A DNA stretch of 64,000 bases. Source: Camelus dromedarius. Its lineage: Eukaryota. A program made the position numbers and the translations under genes. Where the stretch lies: positions 116,810,001-116,874,000 of the forward strand of contig NC_087437.1 of the NCBI RefSeq assembly GCF_036321535.1, given 5' to 3'. Below the pieces are notes generated by a model. The model had not been told where the DNA came from and ran no database searches. It saw nothing but the letters and a program-made list of their open reading frames with translations. Below are positions 36,157-49,868 of the stretch, piece by piece (the stretch's first letter is position 1; each line of letters starts with the position of its first letter).

Positions 36157-37309
36157 GATGTTCAAAATATGCGTCTAAATGCATATGTCATGATCCCTGT
36201 TTTACAGAGTAGGAAGTTAAGACAGAGATTCAGTGATTTGTCCCACAGCTCAAGGCTTGGGGCTTATGTTGAAGTTCACTGAATCTTTTATCAGTTGTGA
36301 GAGTTGAAGGGTCACTAGTGAGAACCAGGCAAGCCAGGGGGTCTGGTCACCCCCATCTATGACCTCAAGCCATGCCAGGCCCATGGCCACGTTGCCCCTA
36401 ACCCCACTGTCCATTGTATTAGGCCTTATAGTTCTCAAAGGACTTCTATGATTCTCGGGAGCTGTGTGACCCTGTGCATTTGGCAGGATAGGCAAGTGGA
36501 AGTAGGGCGTTCAGAAGTGGCTTTGTTGAGGCCATGTGGATTATAAGGATTTGGGTCTGGGTGCAAGGCCAGGGTCTCTTACTCCTGTTCTAGAATCCTC
36601 TTCCCACATGCATTTCCTCCACCCGTGAAAGTGTAAAAGTATTAACAGACTGGTAACATATGAAACAAAAAGTTTTTTTTAAGAAAGAGAGAGAAAGTAG
36701 AGGTGAGAAGAGGCATCTCCCTGGAGTCAGGCCTCCAGGCAAATCCCTGAAAGAGTGAGTTCCTGGACAGTGGGCCCACCGGCGGAACCCCAGGGAGTTA
36801 GAAGGGCCCTACTCCCCATGTGCCGTGGAGCTCACCACCAGTAGCCCTCTGAGAAGAAAGAGTCAGCCTAGTTATGTCGGTTTTGAGGGACAAATCACAT
36901 CCCAAATCAGTGGAGGCCCTGAGTCTGGCCATCACGATCACCTGGAAGATGAAGACCTCACGTCTAGAAATCAGAGTCTGGTTTTAACCAGATCTCAGGT
37001 GGCCCAGTGGGCAGCCAGGTGGGAACCGGGGGTTTTCACAAGATTTGACTGGTATTACATGTGTAAAAATAACTTCTAAAATCTCCTTTTTATTTCAGAC
37101 AAGATAATGAATGGAAAACCATTTAATCCATTTAAAAATAAATCATATAATTACTATTTTTATGAAGCAGTTTTAGGGTATTTGGGTAAAGCATGGATTT
37201 GAAGACCTGAGTTGAGATGCTGGCTCTGACCCTAACGAGCTGTGGGACCTCGGGCAAGTCATTCCATCTTCCTAAACCTTGGTCATCCCAACTGTAAAAT
37301 AATGGTTGT

Positions 37310-37400
37310 GAGGATGGTGACAGTGGTGATGGTGGTGGTGGTGGTGCTGGTGGTGCTGGTGGTGGTGATGATGGTGCTGGTGATGGTGGTGCTGGTGGTG
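37310..37400. repeat. Degenerate (GGT/GCT/GAT)n trinucleotide repeat within a MIR remnant
   Basis: Seen directly. MIR core at ~37190-37310. Confidence 0.9.
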
Positions 37401-40400
37401 AAGATAACGGTTGGATGAGCACTGCCAGGCTATTGTAAGAGTCAAATATATATGTATATAAATTTCCTGGTGCATTGGGGCATTAAAAAAATAGTAGCCT
37501 TTAGAAACATTCTTCTGTTATTGTTACCCTCGGTAATTTGGGCAGCTCACACTGTAAAGTGCCGGATTTTACTTCTCTCACTATGTCACCATATTCGCCG
37601 CCCAATTTGAGCCAACACAGTGGACCGTATTTTGCCGTGCACTCTGCACCCAGCCCCGCAGTCTACAACAGCCTCTTGCTGTCCTGCGTCCCAAGGCAAC
37701 TGAAGAAGCACAGGGTAGTCCTTCTGCTGAGTGTTTCCCCAGGTCGGGTTCAGACCTTCGAATGGAGATGAGGGAGTTCAGTGAAATCCTTTCCTATGAG
37801 TCAAGTAGGAAAATCGCTGTGTCAATCCAAACCTAAAAGCAAGGTACACGCCCGAAGGGCACAGGAGTTCAAAGGTGCGGTTGGGAAAGTTTGACGGAAG
37901 GTAGAGGCATCTCAGCGAGACTTTATGAACAAGTGATGGGATGCGCAGGGGGAGGTGGCTCTGGGTGAGGGGAACCACGTGGGTAAGAGCTCAGAGGGGG
38001 GTCAGGTGGCCCTGAGTCTGGGCAATCATGACAGTGTCCAGGCCTGGTCGGTGGTGTGTCCACACTTGGGAGAAAGGAGAGAGTGAGGGGGTGGGGAAGG
38101 CATGAGGCCAGCCCTGTCCCCATCATCCTCCCCAGCCGATGGGGCTTCCGGGAAGCCAAGGTGCAGCCCTGATCCTAATCCCCAGGGAGAGGGCTGACCC
38201 CAAACCAGCAAAGCTGCCCTCACCTGGCTCAGCTGTCTAAGGATGCCCTGTGCACAGTGGGGCGTCAGTCTCTGCCCTTACTTTTCCTGGTCTTTATTAC
38301 ACTGCTTACGTTCAGAGTCGAGGCTTTGGGTTTACGATGCAACTACAACTAGTCTGACTCTGAATACCCAGAGGTGTTTACACCAAGAACCATCAGAACT
38401 AGGCTAGAGGGTACTGGGATGCTGGGGGCTGGTTTGGAGGCAGTGGACAGACTGGCCCAGGTAAGAAGCCACCATGAGGTAAAGGGGACATCCCAGCTTG
38501 ACCTTTCTGATGCTCGACACTGGTGCAATGTTTGGACTGACCAAAACTGGGGCTTGGTTTTCAAAGCGACGGTCCACAGCCTCCCTCACTCCTTTTAAGA
38601 CACACTTCACTTTGGTTTAGCCCTCAAGATGGGGCTGGGGTGGGGAGTTTCCTCCAGGAGCCCAGTTTTTGCGGCGTCACATCTTGTCCCACCAGATGGG
38701 CACTCGCACTGAGTTCCTGCATGACTTCAGTATGGAACGCATCGTTTTGGATCAGAAGCCCTGCATTCTAAGACCATGAACTTCAAGAGTCATATGAAAT
38801 GTTGCACTCTGCAACACAATGGATGCAAGACAATGGATATCTGGGTTGAAGAGAGAGGTAGGATGCGTGGAAAGGAAAACAAAGCGATCGGTGTTTTCGG
38901 GACAGGATCCCATCCCGTGGACTGCAGGCCCCATGAGGGCAGGTCGGGGGCTCGGTCTGCTCACCCCTCAGTCACCCGCACCTGGCACTTGGAAGTGCTC
39001 AGTGAATAGTGATGCAATGAACCAGATGAAGGGAACACCTCCAGATCCAAGCAAAGGCAAGTGTTTATATGGAGCTTGAAGCTGTTAACAGCAGCTGGCT
39101 TCATAGCTGGCCCTTTGTATTTCTTTTAGCCCTTAATTCACCTTGAGATAGAACCTTTCTCAGGACAGATCCCATTTTCACATCAATCATAATACTGGTG
39201 TTGGGGGGTCAAAAGCATGGGGGAGCTATTGTGTTCCCTCTCAGATGGTTTCACATGGGGGAAACCAGCCCTGGGGACCACACTGGGGTTCCTCAGTCTG
39301 GGCTTCACCTGGGGTGCTCAAAGAAAGAAGCTTCCAGGGGCCAGGAAGCTGCATTTCCCAGGCTCTTCAGGTGAATCTGGGGGACACTAACATTTGAGAA
39401 GCAGCCTTGACTTCATCAAGCATCATGGCCGTTTACCAGTGGGGGTGCTCCCTGGCAGACGTGGTACCCAGGGAGGCACAGTCACCTTTCTCAGGACCAC
39501 CTTGTCACTCCTTTGGCCTCTTAGTGATGGAAGGATCCAAGCTACCAATAAATCCACTGCTCCCAAACTGAGCAATCCAGAGAGAGGGACACAGACTAGA
39601 CCATTTATGTAATTGATGGTGACATTTCTTGCCAAAAAACCACATTTATTTATGTCTACATGGAGCAGAGCCTCCAACACAGTGAGTGAGCAGGTTTACA
39701 AGCTCTTGAAATAAATTTAAGCAGCATTATGGTGTAATTATCTTTTCAAAATTGCATTTCATAGCCCGAAGGTTGGCCTCCATGAAGCCACTCCCGTGGC
39801 GCCATCCACCCACCCCAGGGGCCGCCAGCCAGTAGGCGCAGATAATCTCTACCCAACCTCTGCAACCAGCTCTTTATTCTTCCCTGGGTGTTCCCACATG
39901 TCACATTCCTCCAGCTAATTGTGGCCACGTCCTTAACCTTGGCAATTAGCCATTATAAAGGGAAACGTTTTTACCACCTGAAGGAAACCTTCTTAGATGA
40001 CAAAAGGGCTTGTCCCTCCAACCTCCCCAGCACCGCCCCCACCTCTCCAGCAAACCTGGTGAACATCTGCAGATGCCTAAATTACTGAAACCATGCAGGA
40101 GGGATAGAAAGACAGTTAAAGAAGACTCTAAAATCAGGCACCAAATTTGGTCCCACTGGTTCCTATTGGGCTAAGCAGAACCTTTCTGTAAATGCGTAGA
40201 CACAGGGGACCTGTCTGGGGCAGCTCTTCCTTCTGAATTAGATGAGTGGGTCCCAGGAGCAATTATGGATACAGCCCAGGGAGCCACACAGTGTGAGACA
40301 CGGATGGGAAGGCTACACAGGCCCTGCTCAAGGCCACCAGGAGACCCCTCTGCCTGTTGTCCTGTGTCTGGGGGTCTAGGTAACAGAAGACTCCCTGTGA

Positions 40401-40446
40401 CTGCAGACCACATTGCTGGACGCATTTGGTACCCACGAGGCTGCAG

Positions 40447-40865
40447 AAAGTGCCCCTTTGAGTTTGAGATTTGCAAATATTAACTATTATATATAAAACA
40501 GATTTAAAAAAACAAATTTCTGTATAGCACAGGGAACTGTATTCAATATCTTGTAGTAATCTACAATGAAAATAATATGAAAATGAATATGTGTGTGTGT
40601 ATATATATATATGTATGTATGACTGAAACATTATGTTGTACACCAGAAACTGACACATTGTAACTGACTATACTTCAATTAAAAAATAAAAATGGTGGGG
40701 GGTTGGCAGAGCTCAAATGGTAGAGCGCATGCTCAGCATGCACCAGGTCCTGGGTTCAATCCCCAGTACTGCCTCTAAAAAATAAATAAATAAATAAACC
40801 TAATTACCCCCCCAAAAAAAACCCCCAAAAATAAAGAAAAATAAAAAAATAAAGTACCCCTCTGA
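40447..40865 (+). mobile_element. Camelid L1 3'-end fragment (~40462-40692) plus Vic-1-type SINE (~40697-40850) inside one TSD
   Basis: L1 3' UTR, then tRNA-like head and tail. Flanking repeat aaagtgcccctttga / aaagtacccctctga. Confidence 0.88.
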
Positions 40866-41002
40866 CCCCTCCCAGACTCTGTGTGGATCTGGCAGGGGGC
40901 CTCAGAGGGATGGCGGACCTGGGACCTGGGGGGTGGGAGGGCTCGTGTAAGATCAGGGCTCCCACCTCACCTATCCGAGTGTTCAGCCCATGAAGCACTT
41001 AC

Positions 41003-41078
41003 CTGCATTTTGGCAAATCCCCATTTGGTTCATTGCTAACTTCCCTGCCCCACGTCCTTCCTTCCAGGACTACTTGAG
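41003..41078 (-). other. Candidate 76-nt exon
   Basis: Minus-strand acceptor ttcctccccatgacttaccccctcccag| and consensus donor CAG|GTAAGT. Confidence 0.3.
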
Positions 41079-42194
41079 CTGGGAGGGGGTAAGTCATGGG
41101 GAGGAATCCGAGAGACCCCAGGCCTCTGACATCATTGCCAGATGGGGTTAGAGGACCAGGCGGGTGCAGAGCAGCCCCGGCCACGTCCCCACATTGTCAG
41201 GGAAATCATGCCACTCACAAATAGGCTTTCGAGTTGCACTTTCATACCTGAGTGGGGACAACAGTGGGGAAAGAGGTCCCCAGCCCTTCACAAGAGCAGA
41301 TCGGCCTGCTCTTGCCATTTGGCTTACAGCACTTCGTAAATTCAAAAGTGGCAGCTTCTCCGTGAGGAAGGCACCCAGGGTCTCCAGAAGGATCCCAGGC
41401 ATAAAGCGCATAAGGAGAGCGCCTCACAATCAGCCCACAGTCCGCAGCTGCCTCGTGACACTGGGACACTCCCCCTCACCCAGGGCAGCAGCGCTGGCTG
41501 GACGTCCGCCGCCCCTCCATCCTCTGACTCGTGTGCTCACCCATGGGCCAGTTCTGGGCCCTGATCGCGTACTTCCTCCATTTCCCCAGCTGTTAGAGAG
41601 AACCTGATACTCTTATCTGGGCCAAGGTGTGAGACCGGAGGGATGGGGGCAGGCACAACCATTAAAAGAATGACACAGTGATTAGCACCAAGACGGCAGA
41701 AGATTCAACTCCCAGTAGAACTTGAGCTTCATTATTCATTCATTGTTAAACAAGATTTGCTAACTGGCCCTCCCACAGACGCCGGGACAGAATCAAGGCT
41801 GCCTATAAAAAGTCAAGGCTTCTCAGCATCTCTCCCGTGTGCTGGGCAGAGAGCCTGGAGGGAGCTATCTAGATTCACGCCAGCACTGATTTGTGGATGA
41901 AAGCAACTTAGTTTGACCTCTCTGAGCCTTGATTTGCTCATCTGTGAAATGGGAATACAACAGCCCAACCGCACCGTGTCTTTGTGAGGACTAAGCAAGA
42001 CGACTCACGGGGAGCCCTAGGCTCTGTCTGGCACAGCCAGGTTCCCCAGAAAGCTCAGCGACGGGGCTCTGCTACAACCCATTGCGGCAGCGAGATCAGA
42101 TGAGTTTCAGTTTCTCCGCCCTCCTGCGTTCTACCCTCCACTGCTCCTTTAGACAACTCCTGACTCTGGTGTGTTAGTGAGCTGAATTGTGCCT

Positions 42195-42425
42195 TTATGA
42201 GAACGCACAGGGAGGAGGCCCTGCGAAGGCGGGAGAAAAGGTTGGGGGGATGCAGCCACAAGCCAAGGACGCCAGGAGCCGCCAGAAGCTGGAAGAGGCA
42301 GGAAGGACCCTCTCCTGGGCCTGCAGAGAGCTTGGCCCTGCTGACACTTGACCTGGGTATGTTTCTGTTGCTTTGGGCCACTAGTTTGTGACATTTCGTT
42401 ATGGCAGCCCCAGGAAACCGATAGA
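42195..42425 (+). mobile_element. MLT1 LTR 3' half
   Basis: gcagccacaagccaagga...ccagaagctggaagaggc...gttatggcagccccaggaaac. Confidence 0.8.
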
Positions 42426-42759
42426 AGTGCCCTGGTTTGACTTGATGAGAACCAGACTTTATTATTTAGTGTCTTGTTTTTTTTGGAAAAACTTTGAATG
42501 GAGTGAACCCATTACATGGGCTTAGGCCCATATAAAAAGAACCATCTCGTTCAATTTGGTTTGACTCCTTGGAAGGGGTGAAGCTTCTAGCTTCAGCATG
42601 AGGACCCAGCTCAACTAGCAGACCTGAGGAAAGATACGACAGGGCTCAGAAATGGCAGGAGGTCAAGGGTCATCAGAGCCACAGGGTGAAGCAGGGACCT
42701 GCGCCCTGGACAACTGGGGCAGGGCGTGCTGTGCCGGAGCCACCACTGGGGCACAGAAC

Positions 42760-43218
42760 ACTGGGGCTTACCTGAGTTAGAAATCCAGTGGTCTGTCAAC
42801 TTGGATGGGAAAGAAATTCTAGGTTTATTTTCACTGACCTCTAGCAGAACGTAGCATCTCCTGTCAGGAGCTCAGTCAACAAAGCCCAGAGAGCCAGCCC
42901 GATAGGACTGCCGAAGCCACACGTGTTGCCACATTGCACTGCTGCTGCTGCAAGTGTCTTAAATACCGTTACTTTACTTTGAAATTAAGTGCTTATTCGA
43001 CAGCCCACTCGATCTTGTTTTGAATGTGCTGGTGAAGCAGCACGTGGGTAACCGTTTCACAGTTCCGGTTTTCTGTAATATTTTAACTGTGTTTCAGTCT
43101 AATGGTTTCCTGAGTAATCCCATGTAATTTATTTAAAGTCCGTATTCTGAGAAGCAATCCATATGCTTCTCCAGGCTGCCGAAGGAGTCCCAGGCACAAA
43201 GGAGGTTAGGAACTCCTG
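42760..43218 (+). mobile_element. hAT-Charlie DNA transposon (MER113-like), second copy
   Basis: aacttggatgggaaag...tttattttcactgacctctag...attctgagaag...ggttaggaactcctg. Confidence 0.7.
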
Positions 43219-45764
43219 ATTTAGACGTTAGAAACCTACACGACTGCTGTTCTGTCCCTTTGAACGCAAGCTCCGTGCGGCTGGAATTTTTAAAGAGTCA
43301 ACGTCACATGAAGAAGACAGGTGATCTTCTTCACTAACCGGAAGCAGATTTCTCTCCATCTTTACAGAAGAACACAGCTGATAAATAGCCAGTAGTCTCC
43401 CCGAGGTCGGCACCAGTCCACCGTCTCAAGGGAGCAGACATATGCATCCTTGTGAACTGTTTTATTGTGACGCTGTCTCATTTCCAGGAATCAGACAGTA
43501 AACATGACATATTTTTGTGGTCTGGCATTTGGAACTTTGCCCTGGCTTTGCTGGTTACTGCCAACATCTGCAAAGTATTATGTGCTTTAAAAAAAAATCA
43601 CCCACCACCGCAGGCTGCGCCCACGGCCCCTGGCTGGGCCAGGCCTCCTGCAGGCCCACAGGGAAGGTTCTCGGACCAGGAGGCAGCTGGGTCAGGAGCA
43701 CGAGCTCCCTAGTAAACACTTGGAGACATTTATGAGTACAGCTGGGTGCACCCGACGTGCGTGAGTCTCCCCGTTCCCAGATCCTAGTCTGCACATCATT
43801 CATTCATTCATCTATTAGAAAAAAGGGGGAAAAAATCTGTAGCTGCCCAAAGTAAAAATTACTCAGAGTATTCCTGTCCACGGCGAGAGCCATTTGGCCC
43901 CTAGATCCATTTTAGCCAGAGGCCACTGGAACTCAAGAGCCCAGATGGAGGAGGTGAGGTGGGAGCGGGGGCGGGATTTAAATGCAGCCGCAGAGGCTCG
44001 GCCAGTCAGGGAAGATGGTTCACACAGCTTGAGAGGCCCAGGCCCTATGCCTAGGAACTTGGCAGGACCCAGCACCTCACCCAGGAATCCATCCCTTACT
44101 AGTCTGATCCAGCTGGCTGGCGTGGCCGCCTCTGGAGCAGATGTTTGCGTGGGAAGGAAACCGCACGCAACATCTGTCCTGCGGTGGGAGGCGTGTGTGT
44201 TCCCAGACAGCGCTGGAGACCCCTGATGGGCAGGAAAGGCAAGTAGCTGGCTGCATCAGGAGTAATCTAATCATGGGGGAAACAGGATAAAACCCAGAGT
44301 GGTAAGCAGGGTGGCAGCTCCAGATGGGCTCTGCGATTTTTCCTCTCTTAATTGTCTCCCACCTCACGTGAATGTCACGAAGGTTATTTAGAAGAGCACG
44401 TGTGGACTCATGTCACATGCGGCTGGGCCAAAAGTGCCAGCTCACACGTGGAAGGGGAGGAAGGAGGAGCAGGCATTGGGCATAGAGTGAAATTTGAGGA
44501 CTCGGGAAAGAGACTGAAAAGGGTTTCAGTGAAATCAGACATTTCAAAGCAGTGTTCTCATCATGAACCCAATTACGGTATATTTAGATGGATTATATAA
44601 ACAATGAGGATGGAGGGCAAAGGAATGATTCCCAGAAGGCTTCCTGGAAGAGGCGAGCTCTTAAAAGAAATGATGTGCACATTTGGAGACAGATGTGGAG
44701 AAAAGGAAGGGCATTAAAGCCTAGGAAAGGGTAGGAGCAGAACTGAAGGGGCAAGAACCCACAACAGCCTAACTGAAACCTCAAGACAAGGAAGGGGTGG
44801 GTCTCCCTCAGAGTTGAGGACTAGAGGTGGAGAGGGTCGGGGATGTTCCACCCCCTGCTGTAAGTAAAGGTCTAACAGACCCCCAGCCCTTGACTGCAAC
44901 CCATGTCAGAGCAACCGAGCCTTCCATTAATGTCACCCAGAGTCCTGGTGACACCCAATGTATAGACACCTGTGTACCCGGGGCGTCTAAGCCTGGAGAC
45001 GCCTGGGATCAGCGCCCAGCGGGCACTGAAAAAGTGCTTGCTGTCTGAGGCGAGGGCTTTGGCCTCAAACTCGCCACCTCTAGCGCTTGCAGACGAGCTG
45101 AACGCGGTAGAGCTGACTGACTGAGACGGTGCGTTACCCGAGGCGATGGATGACATATCTGTCTTATTCTATTTGAGTGTGTATTAGATCACATTAAAAT
45201 CACTTTATGTTTTGTGAATATACAGCAATCGATGGAGGTGGGGGTGGAAGAGAGCACGTGCCATCCTCGAGCAGAAGGGATTGTGAAAGGCACGTTTTCC
45301 AAGGGGGTGGAGCTGCTCTCTCACCTAAACGTCAGACTGGCATTGGCATTTTGAGCCTCCTGATCTAGTCACCTTGCTGACAGCATCTCAGGCAATTATT
45401 TTAATTTGACACTTCATAATGACAATCCAGATTACTTGAGTCTGACCCTTACCAGGGACGGCATTGTCTACCGTGCAGTAAATAGATAATGTAATAGAGT
45501 TCCATCTACACACACGCTGACTCAGGAATATCTGAAATGTATTTCTGGTGTCACCAAGCCCCCGGCAGGCCCAGGAAATAGCTCCCTCCTGGGGCCGGCC
45601 AGATCCTCTCCTTATTTTGGGGTCCGGATTTGCTAATCCTAGTGGACCTCTATTTTTGCACATTGTACTCCACTGGTTGTGAGATAACCTCTTCCTTGAA
45701 TTCAGGACTTGAAATTAATTGCATAGAACTCTGTTTTTTTTGCCTGCAATCAAGTGACAGTCCT

Positions 45765-46167
45765 TGTGTTAGGTTCTCAGGGCTGCCATAACAAAGCACC
45801 ACAGACTGGCTGGCTTAAACAACAGGAATTTATTCTCTCTCAGCTTAGAGGCTAGAAGTTCAAGATCAAGGTGTCAGCAGGGTTGGTTCCTCCTAAGGGC
45901 TGTGAGTGAGAATCTGCTCCCCGCCTGTCTTTTAGCTTCTGGTGCTGCCAGCAATCCTTGGCTTGTAGATGCATCACTCCCGTCTCTGCCACTGTCATCA
46001 TAAGGCGTCCCCCTGTGTGCATCATTTCTCTTCTTCAAAGGACATCAGTCATATTGGACTAGGACCCATCCTAACCCAGTGTGAATGACCTCATCATGAC
46101 TAATTATATCTGCAAAGACCCCATTTCCAAGTAGGACTCCATTGTGGGGGACACCACTCCACCCACA
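45765..46167 (-). mobile_element. ERVL-MaLR solo LTR (MLT1B/C-like)
   Basis: gggctgccataacaaagcaccacagactgg...caagatcaaggtgtcagcaggg. Confidence 0.85.
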
Positions 46168-46461
46168 GTGGTCACGTGAGTGGATGGTCCTCATTGACTG
46201 CGAATAGAGACCTACTTCCTGCTGTTCCTATGGATGCACTGTTCTGTCTGCAGCTGAAAATTAAGGAGGCTCCTTCTCTGCCGAGGTACCCTACCCATAA
46301 GTCATCACCACGGCTGCACATTGCTAGAGATGTCACAGTCTACGGCCCTGTGACAGAGGGTGGCATTTGTGCTTTCACAGACACTCATATGTAGACACTA
46401 GGGCTTTTGGCAGGAAGAGAATAATGTCTCAGCTGAGTCTGTTTGAGAGTCTCTCTGCAGA

Positions 46462-46630
46462 AGGGTGGCCATATTTAGCCAAAAAACAGTTAGATTTGAA
46501 TTTCAGATAAACAACGAATTATTTTTTTAGTATAAGTATATCCCAAGAAATTTTGGGGATATATTTAAACTATTAAAACAATAAAACCTCAGTGTACTGG
46601 GTGTCCTGTATTTTAGGAGGCCACCATCCC
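46462..46630. mobile_element. MER53-like hAT element
   Basis: agggtggccatatttagc...tttgaatttcagataaacaacgaat...gtgtcctgtatttt. Confidence 0.7.
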
Positions 46631-49600
46631 CACCAGTCATGGCACAATGATTGATACAGGTCATGTGATCATTCCCTGCCCTGTCCTTGGTCCTCTCTCC
46701 AGCTTCCCTGTAGCCTGGGGTAAGGGGCACTAAAGATGTGAGGAGTGGCAACGGAGACTCATGTGGAATTTAAAACGTGTAGCAGATCATTCCCCACATA
46801 AGTAACTCACTTGGACTTTTCCAGTTTTACATAAAATTGTTTCAGAATAACCCATGCCATGGTTTTCAAAGCTAATTTTCATTGCCAAATTTCTCTGACA
46901 ACTCTCTCCAAGGACTCTCCAAGACAGTCCTTGAATCATTTTTTCTTTTCCAAACACTGTTGGAATGATGTTCTGGGTCTGGCAGGGCTGGGAGGGAGGG
47001 TCCTTTCTCTCTCCTGCCCTCAACAGTTGCTGCAGCTGGAGATGGTTTCCCAGGGGCTCGGTGAGTCAGTAGCTGGCAAAGGCATGCCTTTCCTCTTGGC
47101 CGAGCAGGACCAGCTCGCCTTCACCCTCCTCACCCCACCTCCCTGCCCTGTCTACCTCCGTGGTCTCCATTGAAGGCTCCCCTGGACACATTTGGGATCA
47201 ACCCACCGGAGTGATGATCAGGATAGTTTGAAGTCCACTCCCGACCACAGGTCTGCTTTGGCAATCTAATCCTCACGTGCACGCTTTCCAACCCATCTTA
47301 AAAATGAGAATAGAAATGTCTCTTTTAAATAAGGCTTTTTAACTATGAGAGAGCATGTAATTCTAAAACCACTGCCCTAAAATCTGATTGCTAATTTCCA
47401 GGGAAGTTCTGCATCTATTCCTGACATTCCTATCTGTCCCTTCTTCAGGTCACACTGCTGTCTCTCTCAGCTCAGAGGACTGACCACTGAACTGACCTGG
47501 AAAGGTGCTGCCCCACCTCCCTCTGGACTGGCAGCGGCCGTTTTGTTTACACCCAATCATCACTGGCAGTTTGGAATCCGATGACCCTCCCTTACTACCC
47601 CTGGTCTTGGGGAAATGTTGCATCACGTCTGACTGTTTTGCCCAAAGTACAAAGAACACTGTAGGTGCCCAAGCCTGTGGATGCAGGTTCAGGTACCCCC
47701 AGGCATCCGAAGCTGTGTGTGGGTGGAAGAGATGATGGGTGGAAGAGATGATGAGCACTGGAGTGCTCCTTACCTGAGTGGGCATTTAGAGGTCAGAAAA
47801 GTATGAGACATGCAGGCAGCAATGCACACGGAAGTCGGTCCCCCGAGCGAGTGAGTTTGTCTTGCTCTCAGTGGATGGATGTCCTTGGAGATGGGAAAAC
47901 AGTGTCCTCCCAGTTGGTTACCCTCTGAGCCTGGAAGCCGGGGCCTGGTTCCTCCACCCACAGCAGGACTGGAGTGCTCCTTACCTGAGCACCTTACCAG
48001 GACCCCTGGCACCTTCTCTAAGCCATCGCTCTCCTCTCAGGATTACTGGTCCCTCTAACTTAAAAAAGGAAGTGGTTAAAGTGATAAGTAATAAGCGAAA
48101 GGTTTTTCTTTCTCTTAGCTGGAAAATTCATATCAGCATCTCTCCCCGTGAGCCTGGGCAGACGAGGCTGTTGAATGACTGAGTGGATCAGCCTTTTCAC
48201 GGAACCCCCTGCTGCCATGGCAGTCACTGCGGTCTGAACACTGGGCTGGTGGCGGGCAAGCAAAACTCCAAGAAAATGGGCATAAGATTAGCATCTGCCC
48301 TGCTGGGGATTTGTTTGTTTGCATCAGGATCACATACCCCTTTCACGTCCTGCTCCAAAAAGCTCTCACACCGAGGCTCAGAAGGAGGGGCATCGGCAGG
48401 TCCAGGCGGTGGTTCTTCTCCAGACGCTCCGCCTTCACTTCCTGGGCGATGCCTTGGGAGTCAGTCTAGCCCTTTCCCCGGAGTATTTCTGTGGAGGAAA
48501 AATACACAGTCATTGGGTCGCCTGCCCTCTCTGCGTTTTCTAGGGAGTCTTTTGCATCAGGCTGCCTCTGAAAGGACTTTTGTTGCTCATTATTCTTCTT
48601 AACTTCTTTCTCCCAAATCTACTGAAAAAACTGAAAACCACTATTTCATTGACTTTTCTGCACCATTGGAGAAAGATCCATTAGGTGAGAGCCCTGCCAG
48701 TGAAAGATATGCTGCAATCGAAGAGCTGGAGTCAAGGAGCAGGAATCCAGGAGCGGGACCATTGGTCCACGCAGGAGACCAGAGCCACAAAGACAGAATG
48801 TGGCCCCCATACCCCTCAGAGTCCCCTGCAGATACAAGGGCTCTGTCCACAAGGAACTTACCAAAATGTTGGTGGGAATCACAGTTTGGGAAACCGGAAA
48901 TATAAGGCTCTCTAAATGCAGCCTGGCTCTGTGTACGCCCGACCTCCACGGAGGAGGGAGCAGCCTTGTGGAGAGAGGGTAGCCAATCCAATTCCTCCCA
49001 CGGGATTGCTTTACCTAGAAGCCGGTAAACACCCCAATCGACTGAAACAGGGCTCTTCCGAGAATCCCACCTCCATCCCCCACCCCTTTGCCAGTTTGAG
49101 AGGGTGCTTGCCAACCTGAGTGTGTGTGCACGTGTGTGCGTGCACACATATCTGTGTGTGTGTATTGAATGAAAAGTGGCTTGTCGGTCAGAGTCTTCAG
49201 GAATCAAAAGTGGCTTTGAGCTCCTCACTGGAGGGCAGGCACACTTTGAGGGGAGGCCTTGATTGACCAGAGCATGGAAGCAGGAGCCTGGAACGCCGCC
49301 CACCCAAACCTGACCCCAGCTCTGATGCAGGGGTCACACAGAGCATTTCATTTCTCCGTGTTTGATTTTTCTTCCATCTACAAAAATGTAGTCTTAGAAG
49401 GGAAAAGAATACGAGACCAGAAAGGCTCATTATTGCCTGAACAAGGGGGTCATTGGGATTGAGTAAAGTCAGTGAAATGCTTTGAAGATTAATGGGCCCC
49501 CATAAACATTAATTTGTTATGAGGTTTCTCCGAGGACATTAAGCAGAGCACAGAAGGCTTGCATATGAAACGCAGCATGGGGTCCGCGGCTAGAACGAGT

Positions 49601-49868
49601 GTCTGTAAAGGTCTCTTTATCAGGTTCAGTGGATGCCGTTGCCAGGGGAGGGGGGGAGGAGGAGCTATTCCAGCGCTGTTTCTTTTAGGCATGGAAGTGG
49701 GTCTGTGGGCTGCTGTGTTCTTCTGAAACAATCATTGCGTAGGAAGCAAAGACACCAGGGTGAGGGCTCAAGGACAGTCCCCGAAAAGGGGATAAGATGG
49801 GGCCCCTAGTGGAGAACTCAAGGGTCCCTTGAGGGGACTGAGGCAACAAAGCATCGTGGCCCAAATGC

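Noticed and set aside
35622..36158. 178-aa ORF as a host endonuclease gene
   Set aside because: It is a fragment of the L1 ORF2 EN domain, and its start codon comes from the inverted arm.
37132..37475. Poly-His and poly-Pro ORFs
   Set aside because: They are translations of a trinucleotide repeat embedded in a MIR remnant.
42767..42820. 28-nt minus-strand micro-exon with a CAG|GTAAGC donor
   Set aside because: It lies in the terminus of a MER113-like transposon, and a similar motif appears in the 4.0-kb copy.
43330..43410. Plus-strand acceptor with CTAAC branch point (tttacag at 43367)
   Set aside because: All frames close quickly, there is no good donor, and an AG lies between the branch point and the acceptor.
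45070..45090. CTCF site (cgccacctctagcg)
   Set aside because: Only half of the core matches, with several mismatches at informative positions.
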